A DNA stretch of 64,000 bases from Gemmatimonas sp. GTDB lineage: Bacteria; Gemmatimonadota; Gemmatimonadetes; Gemmatimonadales; Gemmatimonadaceae. The stretch is taken from positions 608,001 to 672,000 of the forward strand of contig OZ257156.1 in NCBI GenBank assembly GCA_965279375.1, read 5' to 3'. The translations under genes and the position numbers were made by a program. A model generated the notes under the pieces. It made no database searches and was not told the origin of the DNA. It saw only the letters and a program-made list of their open reading frames with translations. Shown here piece after piece: positions 1 to 10,600 of the stretch (within the stretch, counting starts at the first letter, position 1; the number at the start of each line of letters is the position of its first letter).

Positions 1-447
1 CCGCATCTGGTCCGGCGGAATCACGACAGCCGCATTCACGACGCGCTCGGACTTGGTGCCGAGCATCGCCTCGGCCGTGATGTTGAACAGACAGTCGGAC
101 TGCTCCCAGCGGAAACGCAACGAGGCCTCGTTGGGCGCGTCGCGCGGGTCGGGGGTGCGGGTCCAACCGGCAGCGCGCACCCGCTCGTAGAAGCGCACCG
201 CCTCACGCTGCACGCCGATCTCCGTCGCACCAGCAGCGGTGATGCGGCAGCCGGGCACGCGCTGTCCCGTCCGCCAGTCATCGATCGTGTCGCGGTCGAT
301 GACAGCGGTCATCTGCTGCGTCTCTCGCGCGAAGCGTGCCGCGGTCGCACAGTGGACCGTGTCCGCGGGCTGCGCGCCGGCAGAGATCAGCAGCAGCGAA
401 ATCAGTTGAATCGACACCACCACTCCGTTGAGCTCGTGTTCATGCAT
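1..447 (-). CDS. Hypothetical, probably exported protein; truncated at window start
   Basis: Manual translation from ATG at 447 (MHEHELNGVVVSIQLISLLLISAGAQPADTVHC...) stays open to position 1; hydrophobic signal-like segment; divergent from cbbM. Confidence 0.6.
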   Translation of the reverse strand, partial: MHEHELNGVVVSIQLISLLLISAGAQPADTVHCATAARFARETQQMTAVIDRDTIDDWRTGQRVPGCRITAAGATEIGVQREAVRFYERVRAAGWTRTPDPRDAPNEASLRFRWEQSDCLFNITAEAMLGTKSERVVNAAVVIPPDQMR

Positions 448-548
448 GTCACCGTACGGGACTCCCCTGACTTACTGCGCCCCTCTGCAATGCTACCTTG
501 GCCCGCGTGGGCAAGATACCGCCACATCATTTCCCGGACCCAACGGCC

Positions 549-1928
549 ATGGACCAATCGAATCGATACGCCGACCTGACCCTCGCCGAAGCAGAGCTCA
601 TCGCTGGTGGCGAGCACATTCTCGCGGCATACAAGATGAAGCCCAAAGCCGGACACGGATATCTGGAGGCTGCAGCGCACTTCGCGGCGGAGTCCTCCAC
701 CGGCACCAATGTCGAAGTCTCCACCACCGACGATTTCACGCGCGGTGTGGACGCGCTCGTCTATCATATCGATGAAGCCACGGAAGAGTTGCGCATCGCC
801 TACCCGCTCGCGCTCTTCGACCGCAACATGACCGATGGGCGCATGATGCTGGTGTCGTTTCTCACGCTCGCTGTGGGCAACAATCAGGGCATGGGCGATA
901 TCGAGCACGCCAAGCTCTACGACTTCTGGGTGCCGCCGCGCGCGCTGCAGCTTTTCGACGGGCCCGCCAAGGACATCTCCGATCTCTGGCGCGTGCTGGG
1001 ACGCCCGGTGCAGGACGGAGGCTACATCTCCGGCACGATCATCAAGCCAAAGCTTGGGCTGCGTCCGGAACCGTTCGCCGAAGCAGCGTACCAGTTCTGG
1101 CTGGGCGGCGACTTCATCAAGAACGATGAGCCGCAGGGAAATCAGGTCTTCTCGCCCATGCGCAAGGTGATCCCGCTGGTGGCCGACGCGATGCGACGCG
1201 CGATGGACGAAACGGGACAGGCCAAGCTCTTCTCGGCCAACATCACCGCCGACGATCACTACGAGATGTGCGCGCGCGCCGATTTCATTCTCGAGACGTT
1301 CGGCGACGATGCCAACAAGGTGGCGTTTCTGGTGGACGGCTTTGTGGGTGGACCAGGGATGATCACGACCGCACGACGCCAGTACCCTAACCAGTACTTG
1401 CACTACCATCGGGCCGGTCACGGCATGGTGACGTCGCCGAGTGCCAAGCGCGGCTATGATGCGTATGTGCTCGCCAAGATGGCGCGGCTGCAGGGTGCGT
1501 CGGGCATTCACGTAGGGACGATGGGCTTCGGCAAGATGGAGGGCGCCAACGACGATCGCGCGATCGCCTACATCATCGAGCGCGACGACTACCAGGGGCC
1601 AGCCTTCCGTCAGCAGTGGTTGGGCATGAAGCCCACGACGCCGATCATCTCCGGCGGCATGAATGCGCTGCGCCTGCCGGGATTCTTTGCGAACCTGGGT
1701 CACGGCAACGTGATCACTACAGCAGGCGGCGGCGCGTACGGCCATCTTGATTCACCGGCCGCAGGCGCGATTTCGCTGCGGCAGGCGTATGAATGCTGGA
1801 AGGCCGGCGCGAACCCGATCGAGTGGGCACGCAGCCACCGCGAGTTCGCCCGTGCGTTCGAGTCCTTCCCGCACGACGCGGACCAGCTCTACCCGGGATG
1901 GCGCGCTCAACTCGGCGTCAGCGGCTGA
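549..1928 (+). CDS. cbbM: Ribulose-1,5-bisphosphate carboxylase/oxygenase, form II
   Basis: N-terminus [22 protein letters not shown], catalytic motif [47 protein letters not shown]; no small subunit gene. Confidence 0.97.
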   Translation: MDQSNRYADLTLAEAELIAGGEHILAAYKMKPKAGHGYLEAAAHFAAESSTGTNVEVSTTDDFTRGVDALVYHIDEATEELRIAYPLALFDRNMTDGRMMLVSFLTLAVGNNQGMGDIEHAKLYDFWVPPRALQLFDGPAKDISDLWRVLGRPVQDGGYISGTIIKPKLGLRPEPFAEAAYQFWLGGDFIKNDEPQGNQVFSPMRKVIPLVADAMRRAMDETGQAKLFSANITADDHYEMCARADFILETFGDDANKVAFLVDGFVGGPGMITTARRQYPNQYLHYHRAGHGMVTSPSAKRGYDAYVLAKMARLQGASGIHVGTMGFGKMEGANDDRAIAYIIERDDYQGPAFRQQWLGMKPTTPIISGGMNALRLPGFFANLGHGNVITTAGGGAYGHLDSPAAGAISLRQAYECWKAGANPIEWARSHREFARAFESFPHDADQLYPGWRAQLGVSG

Positions 1929-1956
1929 TTGCCAACGGCTAATTGCCAACGGCTGA
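1922..1956 (+). repeat. 14-bp tandem repeat x2.5 (CGGCTRATTGCCAA) spanning the cbbM stop
   Basis: cggctgattgccaa / cggctaattgccaa / cggctga. Confidence 0.8.
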
Positions 1957-1986
1957 CCCTTTCACCAGACACGTCACCACACACGC

Positions 1987-3060
1987 ATGCCCATCGGCGG
2001 ACGTTCCACCATCGCGCAGTTCCTCATCGAAAGCCGTCGTCGCGCCACGACGGCGACGGGCGAGTTCGACTCGTTGGTTACCGATGTGGCGCTCGCGTGC
2101 AAGGCGATTGCCAATCGCGTGGCGTTTGGCGCGCTTGGCGATACCACCGGGCGCGCCGGCACACAGAACGTGCAAGGCGAGGAGCAGCACACACTCGACG
2201 TCGTCGCCAACGAGCTCTTTCTGCGGGCCACCGAGTGGGGCGGTCACCTGGCCGGCATGGTCTCCGAGGAGATGGAGGAGGTGTACACGCTGCCGGTCGA
2301 GTATCCGCGCGGAAAGTATCTGCTCTGCTTCGATCCACTCGACGGCTCGTCGAATGTCGATGTGAACATGACCGTGGGTAGCATCTTCTCCATTCTGCGT
2401 GCCCCGACGCCCGGACAGGACGCGACGCGCGAAGACTTTTTGCAGCCGGGCACGGAGCAGGTGTGCGCGGGCTACGCGGTGTACGGCCCGAGTACGATGC
2501 TGGTGCTCACGATGGGCAACGGCACGCACGCCTTCACGCTCGATCAGCAGTTGGGCGAGTGGGTGCTGAGTCATCCAGACCTTCGCATTCCCGACGAGAC
2601 GCGCGAGTTCGCGATCAATGCGTCCAACAGTCGCTTCTGGGAGGCGGCGGTGAAGCGCTACGTGGACGAATGTCTCGCGGGTCAGTCTGGGCCACGCGGC
2701 GTGGACTTCAACATGCGCTGGATTGCTTCGCTGGTGGCAGAAACGCATCGCATCCTGATGCGTGGTGGTGTGTTTCTCTATCCGCGAGACACGAAGGACG
2801 TCTCCAAGCCCGGGCGCCTGCGGCTGCTCTACGAGTGCAACCCCATCGCGTTCGTGATCGAGCAGGCGGGAGGCATGGCCAGCACGGGACATTCGCGTCT
2901 CACCGACGTGGTGCCCACCGCGTTGCACCAGCGCATCGGCTTTGTGTTCGGATCGCGCGCCGAAGTGGAGCGCATCGAGCGCTATCACTCCGAAGATCCG
3001 CACGAGCCCTACGCGTCGCCGCTCTTTGCACGACGCGGTCTCTATGCCGCACCCGACTGA
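1987..3060 (+). CDS. cbbF: Class I fructose-1,6-bisphosphatase (Calvin-cycle CbbF type)
   Basis: NVQGEEQHTLDV, SEEME, FDPLDGSSNVD, RWIASLVAETHRIL, GRLRLLYECNP; between cbbM and prk. Confidence 0.93.
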   Translation: MPIGGRSTIAQFLIESRRRATTATGEFDSLVTDVALACKAIANRVAFGALGDTTGRAGTQNVQGEEQHTLDVVANELFLRATEWGGHLAGMVSEEMEEVYTLPVEYPRGKYLLCFDPLDGSSNVDVNMTVGSIFSILRAPTPGQDATREDFLQPGTEQVCAGYAVYGPSTMLVLTMGNGTHAFTLDQQLGEWVLSHPDLRIPDETREFAINASNSRFWEAAVKRYVDECLAGQSGPRGVDFNMRWIASLVAETHRILMRGGVFLYPRDTKDVSKPGRLRLLYECNPIAFVIEQAGGMASTGHSRLTDVVPTALHQRIGFVFGSRAEVERIERYHSEDPHEPYASPLFARRGLYAAPD

Positions 3061-3095
3061 TCGCGTTCGGCGATCCTTTGTCCCTCAGTTCCCTT

Positions 3096-3143
3096 TCGAG
3101 TTTCCTGTCGAGTTTCCTGTCGAGTTTCCTGTCGAGTCTCCTG
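3096..3143 (+). repeat. 12-bp tandem repeat x4 (TCGAGTTTCCTG) abutting the prk start codon
   Basis: Three exact copies plus TCGAGTCTCCTG, then ATG at 3144. Confidence 0.9.
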
Positions 3144-4022
3144 ATGTCAGCGAAGCATCCGATCATTTCGATTACCGGTTCGTCCGGCGCGGGTACCACG
3201 TCGGTTACGCGCACGTTCGAGAACATCTTTCGTCGCGAGGGCGTGAAGGCGGCCATCGTGGAAGGGGACAGCTTTCATCGCTACGATCGTGCGGCGATGA
3301 AGGTCGCGATGGCCGAAGCCGAGCGGTCGGGCAATACCACGTTCAGCCATTTCGGTGACGAAGCGAATCTGTTTGCCGAACTGGAGCTGCTGTTCAAGGA
3401 CTACGGCGAAACGGGGCAAGGGACCGCGCGCAAGTATCTGCACAACAACGAGGAAGCGGCGCCGTTCAATCAGCCGCCGGGCACGTTCACGTCATGGGAG
3501 CCGTTGCCGGCGAGCGAGCTGCTGTTTTACGAAGGGTTGCACGGCGCGGTGGCCACGGACACGGTGGACGTGGCGCGTCACGCCGACCTGCTGATTGGTG
3601 TGGTGCCGGTGGTCAATCTCGAGTGGATTCAAAAGATCCACCGCGATCGCAACACGCGCGGCTACAGCACCGAAGCCGTGACCGACGTGATTCTCCGCCG
3701 CATGCCCGACTACGTGCATTACATTGTGCCACAGTTCAAGCGCACGCACGTGAACTTCCAGCGCGTGCCCGTGGTGGACACGTCGAATCCGTTCATCGCG
3801 CGCACCATTCCCACCGCCGACGAAAGCCTCGTGGTCATTCGCTTCGCCAATCCGCGCGGCTTCGACTTCCCCTACCTGCTCAGCATGTTGCAGGGATCGT
3901 GGATGTCACGTGCCAATACCATTGTCTGCCCCGGCGGCAAGATGGAGTTGGCGATGCAGCTGATCTTCACGCCGATGGTGATGCGGCTCGTGGAACGTGG
4001 CCGCAAATCCAGTGGCACGTGA
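3144..4022 (+). CDS. cbbP: Phosphoribulokinase, proteobacterial type
   Basis: MSAKHPIISITGSSGAGTT P-loop, EGDSFHRYDR, FYEGLHG, NLEWIQKIHRD, NFQRVPVVDTSNPFIAR. Confidence 0.96.
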   Translation: MSAKHPIISITGSSGAGTTSVTRTFENIFRREGVKAAIVEGDSFHRYDRAAMKVAMAEAERSGNTTFSHFGDEANLFAELELLFKDYGETGQGTARKYLHNNEEAAPFNQPPGTFTSWEPLPASELLFYEGLHGAVATDTVDVARHADLLIGVVPVVNLEWIQKIHRDRNTRGYSTEAVTDVILRRMPDYVHYIVPQFKRTHVNFQRVPVVDTSNPFIARTIPTADESLVVIRFANPRGFDFPYLLSMLQGSWMSRANTIVCPGGKMELAMQLIFTPMVMRLVERGRKSSGT

Positions 4023-4690
4023 AGCCATTTCGACAGCTCGGGTCAGCCACCGCGCCTGACGGCACGCTGCTCACGCTCTTCGAGCACGACGGCGCTTACA
4101 TGATCCGCGTGAACGGCATCGAGCTGATGTCCACGCGGCGCCACCAGTCAGAGGATGCGCTCGCCGAGCTGGTCTGCGCACCGCTGGCGCAGCAGCGCGG
4201 CGTGCGCGTGTTGATTGGTGGGTTGGGACTGGGGTTCACGCTGCGAGCCGCGCTGCGTGTGCTTCCCGCGGACGCACAGGTGGAAGTGGCGGAGATCGTG
4301 CCGGAGGTCGTCGCGTGGAATCGCAATCCGGAATTTGCGTTGTCGCACGCCGCGCTGGCCGATCCGCGCGTGACCGTACTCGAAGAAGACGTTGGGCGTG
4401 TGCTACGTCGCAGTCAGAACTGGTTCGACGCGATCATGATGGACGTGGACAACGGCGCCGAATCGTTCACGACGCGCAGCAACGCGGCGCTCTATCGCGA
4501 ATCGGGGGTGCACTTTGCTGTGGCCGCGTTGCGGTCGGGTGGGCGCGTGGCGTATTGGTCTGCCACTGCCGAAGAGAACTTCGCCGGCACCATGCGGCAT
4601 GCGGGCCTCGAGGTGCGCGTCACGCAGGTGCGCGCGCACACCACCGCCGGCCCGATGCACACGATTCTGGTGGGGCAGCGCAAGGAATGA
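4019..4690 (+). CDS. Spermidine-synthase-like SAM-binding protein
   Basis: GTG start overlaps prk TGA; ELMSTR, VLIGGLGLGFTL SAM motif, FDAIMMDVDNG. Confidence 0.8.
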   Translation: MKPFRQLGSATAPDGTLLTLFEHDGAYMIRVNGIELMSTRRHQSEDALAELVCAPLAQQRGVRVLIGGLGLGFTLRAALRVLPADAQVEVAEIVPEVVAWNRNPEFALSHAALADPRVTVLEEDVGRVLRRSQNWFDAIMMDVDNGAESFTTRSNAALYRESGVHFAVAALRSGGRVAYWSATAEENFAGTMRHAGLEVRVTQVRAHTTAGPMHTILVGQRKE

Positions 4691-4832
4691 TCAAATCGCC
4701 ATCAAATCCTATGCAACTGCTCACGCGGCCGTAATCGCGACGTAATCGTGCCCTCATGGGCGCTTCACGTACGCGGTGAACGATGGAGACAGGTCGGGCA
4801 TGCGGTCCGGCCGTCACCATCAGGAGGCCTGC

Positions 4833-5537
4833 ATGTTCAGCACCCTGCTCGAAACGAACAACGCACCCGCGCGTCGCGGCGGTGGTTCGCTGCTCTCCGT
4901 CGTCGTGCATGTCGGCGCTATCGCGGCGTTGGTCATCGCGACAGCCAATGCGTCCGTGCCCACGGTCGACGAGCAGCGGGTGGAGCAGCTCCACTTTACC
5001 AAGCCAGCGCCAACGCCTCCTGTGCCTGTTCCACCGTCGGCCAAGCAGGTGTACACGGCGGCACCGCAGGCCCGGGGCTTCAGTACCGTGATTGCGCCCA
5101 TCGACATTCCGTCGGTGCTGCCCAACATCGATCTCAGCGTCACGCCAACCGATCAAACGCGCTTCTCCGCACGCGGCGTGCAGGGCGGCAGCCCCGATGG
5201 CATCGAGGGTGGCACGATCGTCGCGCCAGCGAACGGCGTCTACAGCGCGCTGCAGGTGGAGAAGGCGGTGGTGCCGCTGCCCGGCGCCACAGGTCCGGCC
5301 TACCCCGAGATGCTGCGCTCGGCGGGCGTCGAAGGTTCGGTGCTCGCGACGTTCGTGGTGGACACGAGCGGACGCGCCGACCTCGTGTCGTTCACCGTGC
5401 AGCACAGCGATCACGCGCTCTTCGCGTCGGCGGTCCGCACGGCGCTCGCGCGCATGCGATTTCTCCCGGCCGAAGCGGGCGGACGCAAAGTGCCTCAGCT
5501 CGTGCAGCAGACGTTTCAGTTCAACCTGAACCGGTGA
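4833..5537 (+). CDS. TonB family energy transducer
   Basis: AGGAGG RBS; N-terminal TM SVVVH, Pro-rich linker, C-terminal PAYPEMLRSAGVEGSV...FVVDTSG. Confidence 0.85.
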   Translation: MFSTLLETNNAPARRGGGSLLSVVVHVGAIAALVIATANASVPTVDEQRVEQLHFTKPAPTPPVPVPPSAKQVYTAAPQARGFSTVIAPIDIPSVLPNIDLSVTPTDQTRFSARGVQGGSPDGIEGGTIVAPANGVYSALQVEKAVVPLPGATGPAYPEMLRSAGVEGSVLATFVVDTSGRADLVSFTVQHSDHALFASAVRTALARMRFLPAEAGGRKVPQLVQQTFQFNLNR

Positions 5538-5559
5538 GCGACGCGCAGAGCTTCAGACC

Positions 5560-7479
5560 CTAACCCCCGATCGGCGATCCCGGCGCGCGCGCCAACCCGA
5601 TGCGCTTGAACGCCAGCGTGATCTCATCGAGCGTGCTCGGATCGTCGATCGTGGGTGGCATCGTCCAGCCATCACCGTCGGCGATCGCGCGCATCGTTTT
5701 GCGCAGCACCTTCCCCGAGCGCGTCTTGGGCAAGCGCGCCACCACCGCCACTTGCTTGAAGTTGGCCACCGGCCCCACCTGATCGCGCACCAGTTGCACC
5801 AGCTCCGCCTCGAGCGCGAAGTGCAGCCGGTCCACGCCGGCCTTGAGCACCACGAGTCCAACCGGAAGCTGCGTCTTCAGCGCGTCGCGCACGCCGATCA
5901 CCGCGCACTCCGCGACATCAGGATGGCTGGCCAACGCCTGCTCCATCGAACCAGTGGAGAGATTGTGCCCCGCCACGATGATGATGTCGTCCACGCGACC
6001 CATGATGAACAGATAGCCGTCTTCATCGATGTAGCCGCCATCGCCGGTGAGATAGTAGCCCGGGTACTTGCTGAGATACGTCTCGATGTAGCGTGCATCG
6101 TTGCGCCAGAGCGTAGGCAACGTCCCCGGCGGCAGCGGCAGCTTGATCACCACCGCGCCTTCGCGATTGGGTGGCAGCGCGTGGCCGTCGTCGTCGAGAA
6201 TCTCCACGACGTATCCCGGCACCGCCTTCGTTGGAGATCCTGGTTTGACGGGAAATGGCGAAAGCCCAAGACAGTTGGCCGCAACCGCCCAACCGGTTTC
6301 CGTCTGCCACCAGTGATCGATGACGGGCTTGAGCAGCAGCGCGCGCGCCCAGTGATACGTGTCGGGATCGAGTCTCTCGCCGGCAAGAAAAAGCGTGCGA
6401 AACTTCGACGTGTCGTACTTCGCGAAGAACGTCCCCTTGGGATCTTCACGCTTGATCGCGCGAAATGCCGTCGGTGCGGTGAACAGCACACGCACGTCAT
6501 GCTCCTCGATCACGCGCCAGAACTCACCGGCATCGGGCGTGCCCACCGGCTTCCCTTCATGCACCACTGTCGTGCATCCGGCCAGCAACGGTGCATACAC
6601 GATGTACGAATGCCCCACAGCCCATCCAAAGTCCGAGGCGGCCCAGAACACTTCACCCGGCTCCACGCCATACACGTTCCGCATGCTCCAGAGCAGCGCG
6701 ACCGCGTGTCCACCGTTGTCGCGTACGACGCCCTTGGGCTGCCCCGTGGTTCCCGATGTGTAGAGGATGTACAGCGGATCGGTGGCCAGCACTGGTACAC
6801 AGTCGGCGGGCGCCGCCTGCGCTTCCACCTCACGCCAGTCGAGGTCGCGCCCCGGCGTCAGCGCACAGGGATGCACCTCGCGCTGCAGCACGACACAGTG
6901 CGACGGTTGATGCGTGCTCAAGGCCAACGCCTGATCGAGCAGCGGCTTGTACGGCACCACCCGCTGCACTTCGATCCCGCAGCTCGCCGTCAGCACCACC
7001 TTGGGCTGCGCATCATCGATGCGCACCGCGAGCTCATGCGGCGCGAAGCCGCCAAACACCACCGAGTGCACCGCGCCGATTCGCGCACAGGCGTACATGC
7101 CAATCAGCGTTTCCGGCGTCATCGGCATGTAAATCACCACTCGATCGCCGCGCTCCACGCCCAGATCGCGCAGCACACCGGCAAAGCGCGCCACCTCATC
7201 GCGCAGTTCGCGATACGTGATGTGCCGCTTGGTCTTGGTCACCGGGCTGTCGTAGATGACCGCGACCTGCTCCGCCCGACCGTTCAGCACATGCCGGTCG
7301 ATCGCGTTGTAGCAGGTGTTGAGCTGACCGCCCGTGAACCATCGATAGAGCGGCGCGTTCCGGTCATCGAGCACCCGCTCCCACGGCACATCCCAGTGCA
7401 GCGCCTGCGCCGCCTCCCCCCAGAAGGCCTCCGGGTCTGACGACGCCGCCGCGTAGGCGGCCTCGTAGGCGCTGCTCAT
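5560..7479 (-). CDS. prpE: Propionyl-CoA synthetase (acetate/propionate-CoA ligase family)
   Basis: YILYTSGTTGQPKGVVRDNGGHAVAL, DHWWQTETGW, LPKTRSGK; start re-picked at MSSAY. Confidence 0.85.
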   Translation of the reverse strand: MSSAYEAAYAAASSDPEAFWGEAAQALHWDVPWERVLDDRNAPLYRWFTGGQLNTCYNAIDRHVLNGRAEQVAVIYDSPVTKTKRHITYRELRDEVARFAGVLRDLGVERGDRVVIYMPMTPETLIGMYACARIGAVHSVVFGGFAPHELAVRIDDAQPKVVLTASCGIEVQRVVPYKPLLDQALALSTHQPSHCVVLQREVHPCALTPGRDLDWREVEAQAAPADCVPVLATDPLYILYTSGTTGQPKGVVRDNGGHAVALLWSMRNVYGVEPGEVFWAASDFGWAVGHSYIVYAPLLAGCTTVVHEGKPVGTPDAGEFWRVIEEHDVRVLFTAPTAFRAIKREDPKGTFFAKYDTSKFRTLFLAGERLDPDTYHWARALLLKPVIDHWWQTETGWAVAANCLGLSPFPVKPGSPTKAVPGYVVEILDDDGHALPPNREGAVVIKLPLPPGTLPTLWRNDARYIETYLSKYPGYYLTGDGGYIDEDGYLFIMGRVDDIIIVAGHNLSTGSMEQALASHPDVAECAVIGVRDALKTQLPVGLVVLKAGVDRLHFALEAELVQLVRDQVGPVANFKQVAVVARLPKTRSGKVLRKTMRAIADGDGWTMPPTIDDPSTLDEITLAFKRIGLARAPGSPIGG

Positions 7480-7641
7480 CTCTTGCTCATCTCTTTGCTC
7501 ATGCGCGCGAACATCGCGCCGGTCCATGACGCTGTCGAGACGCATTCCGAGGGCCGCGACGCAGGGGTTTCTCCCACACAAGCCGCCTCGACTGCGTGAA
7601 GCCGTCCTCAACTTGCCGGAACTCAGGCCGATCCTAGAGAG

Positions 7642-10600
7642 GTGTCTCTACGTCCTGTCTTCCATGATCCCTCCGGCCGCCGCGGTCGCCTGACGCGTTG
7701 GGTGGCCTTTCTGGCTGTCGCCGCCACGGTCCTCGTTGGCGGCTCGCTCGCGCTCGGCGTGTTGCACCCGCCAGTGGTCGAACCCCTGCCGATGCGCTCC
7801 GGCGCGTCGATCGCTGCCCGCGCGCCAAGGTCACGCGGACCGTCCGCCTCGCAATGCGGCAGCGCCATGCGGCGCCGCTGCCCCCCGATGCCGCTCCCCA
7901 CGCATCGCGCCGAACCGGTCGCCGATCCGATCGTCGCCGCCTTCGCCGTACAATGGGATGCCGGGAGCCGAGCCGCGCTGAAGAAGGTAGGCGACCACCT
8001 GGATTGGGTGATCGTGGAAGGCGCCTTCATGGGACGCGCTGGTCTTGGCGAGCTGACGATCACGATGGACAAGGACCTGCTCGCCGACGCCCGCAGCCGC
8101 GGCGTGGACGTGCACCTGATGGTCACCAACTTTGCCGGCGGCTCCTTCAGTGAGCAGCTGGTGGACGTCATCGTCCGCACGCCGGAGCGCCGGCGCAACG
8201 CCATCGCCCAGCTGGTGGGCGCGGTGGACGAGTTCGGCCTCCGCGGCATCTCCCTCGACTTCGAAAAAGTCCGCCCCGAGTCCCACGAGGCGGTGCTCGC
8301 CTTCATCCGCGAGCTGCGCACCTCGCTCGCCCCCTCCGGCGCCACGGTCTCCATGGCGATGCCGTTGGGGGAAGACACCAGCTACCCGATCGCCAAGTAC
8401 GGCGCCGCGGTGGACTATCTCATCCCGATGCTCTACGACGAGCATGTGGCGGGGAGCGATCCCGGTCCGATCGCCAGCGCGACCTGGTTTGCGCAGGCGC
8501 TCGATTCGGTGCTGACGCTGATGCCCAGGGAGAAGCTTCTGGTGGGGCTGGGGCAGTACGGCTATCACTGGCGCGACGACCAGACGGACGGCGTGAACGT
8601 CAGCGTGAGCGAGGCGATGGCGCTGGGACGGTCAGCCACGGGCGGCCCGTGGTTTGATGCAAAAAGCCGGTCTCCACATGCTGAGTGGCGCGATAATGCT
8701 GGTTTAATGCACCGTGTATGGTATATGGACGCGACCACGGCCTGGAATCAGATCCGGGCCGCGAACCTCACCGGGACCGCCGGCGTCGCCCTCTGGCGGC
8801 TGGGCAGCGAGGACGTCACCCTCTGGTCCGTACTCGGCCGAACCGGCCTGACCGGCACCACCGCAGCGCTCGAAACGCTGCCATCCAACGGCATCTCCGT
8901 ACTCATCGGCGACGGCGAAGTCCTGGCCGTCGATGGCCGACAGGGGAGCGGCAACCGCACCATCGGCGTCGACTCGGCGGGCTTCGTCGAAACCGAACGC
9001 ATCGTCAAACCGGCGGGCGGCTACGTCATCACCCGCGCCGGCGCCGCCACCAAACGCGTCGCCCTCACCTTCGACGACGGCCCCGACCCCGAGTTCACGC
9101 CGCAGGTGCTGGACACGCTTAGACAGCGAAAGACCGTCGCCAGCTTCTTCGTGATTGGGCGGCAGGTGCAACGCTACCCCGAGCTGGCGCGGCGCATGAC
9201 GGCCGAAGGCCATGAGATCGGCAACCACACGTGGAGTCATCCCGACCTCGCCGGCCTGAGCGAGTCCGCCATCAAGTTCGAGCTGGCCGCCACCGGGCGC
9301 GTGATCGAGGCCGTGACCGGCCGCCGTCCCATGCTCTTCCGTCCGCCGTATATCGGCGACGCCCGCCCCTCCACCGAAGAGCGCCTGCGGCCGATGGCCG
9401 TCGCCAACGAGCTGGGATATCGCGTGGCCGGCCTGGAAGTCGATGCGCGCGACTGGGAGCAGCAGGACCCAGCCGCCATCATCGCGACCACGCTCGATGA
9501 GCTCGATCACGGCAAGGGCAACATCATCCTGCTGCATGATGCCGGCGGCGACCGCACCCCCACCATCGAAGCGCTCGGTCCGCTGATCGACTCGCTGCAC
9601 GCGCGCGGCTACACCATCACCACCGTGGCGGGACTGCTCGACGTGACGCCGGAGGCGGGCATGCCCGCGGCCCCCACCGCAGAGGCGCCGCACCGATTGC
9701 TGGACTTCGCAGCGCTGCGACTGCTGAGCACCGCCGAAACCGTGCTGGTCGGGGCGTTCCTCGTCGCACTGGTGCTGGGATTCGTGCGGCTGCTGGGCAT
9801 CGGTGGTCTCGCGATGTGGCAGCGATCACGACAACGCTTCGCCAGACGCCTGTCGGATGTGGGCTACGCACCGCGCGTGACCATTCTCGTGCCCGCGTAC
9901 AACGAAGGGCGCGTCATCGCGCGCACGATCGACTCGCTGCTGACGCAGGACTATCCGCTCCTCGAGCTGATCGTCATCGACGACGGCTCCACCGATGACA
10001 CCCTCGATGTCGCGCTCGCCGCCAACCGCGACGCACGGGTGCGCGTGTTGACGCAGAAGAACGCCGGCAAGTCGCACGCGCTGAACTTCGGCATCTCGCA
10101 AGCCACCGGCGAGATCGTCGTAGTGGTGGACGCCGACACGTTGCTCGCCCCGATGGCCATCCGACATCTCGTGCGTCCGCTCGCCGACGTGCGCGTTGGC
10201 GCCGTGGCCGGCAACGCCAAGGTGGGCAATCGCGTCAACCTGGTCACCCGGTGGCAGGCCGTCGAATACGTCACCAGTCAGAACCTTGATCGCCGCGCGT
10301 TTGCGATGCTCAACTGCATTACGGTGGTGCCCGGCGCGATCGGTGCCTGGCGACGTGACGCCGTGCTGGCAGCAGGCGGATTCCGCTCCGACACGCTCGC
10401 GGAAGATCAGGATCTGACGATGACGCTGTTGCGCGCCGGTCATCGCGTGGCGCTCTCGGACAAGGCGATCGCGTGGACGGAAGCGCCTGAAACGTTCGAT
10501 GCGCTGCTCAAGCAACGATTCCGCTGGAGCTTTGGCACACTGCAGTGCGCGTGGAAGCATCGCGGCGCGCTCTTCCGGCGCTCGGGCGGCGCGTTGGGCA

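Noticed and set aside
448..548. Divergent cbbR and CbbR operator upstream of cbbM
   Set aside because: Divergent ORF has no LysR helix-turn-helix; no convincing operator seen
549..1928. RuBisCO-like protein (form IV) interpretation
   Set aside because: [14 protein letters not shown], the form II N-terminus and adjacent PRK indicate a true form II enzyme
2463..3143. Long N-terminal extension of PRK in the ORF track (519 aa)
   Set aside because: Overlaps cbbF in another frame; PRK homology starts at MSAKHP (3144)
3096..3143. CRISPR array
   Set aside because: Contiguous 12-bp units with no spacers and no cas genes
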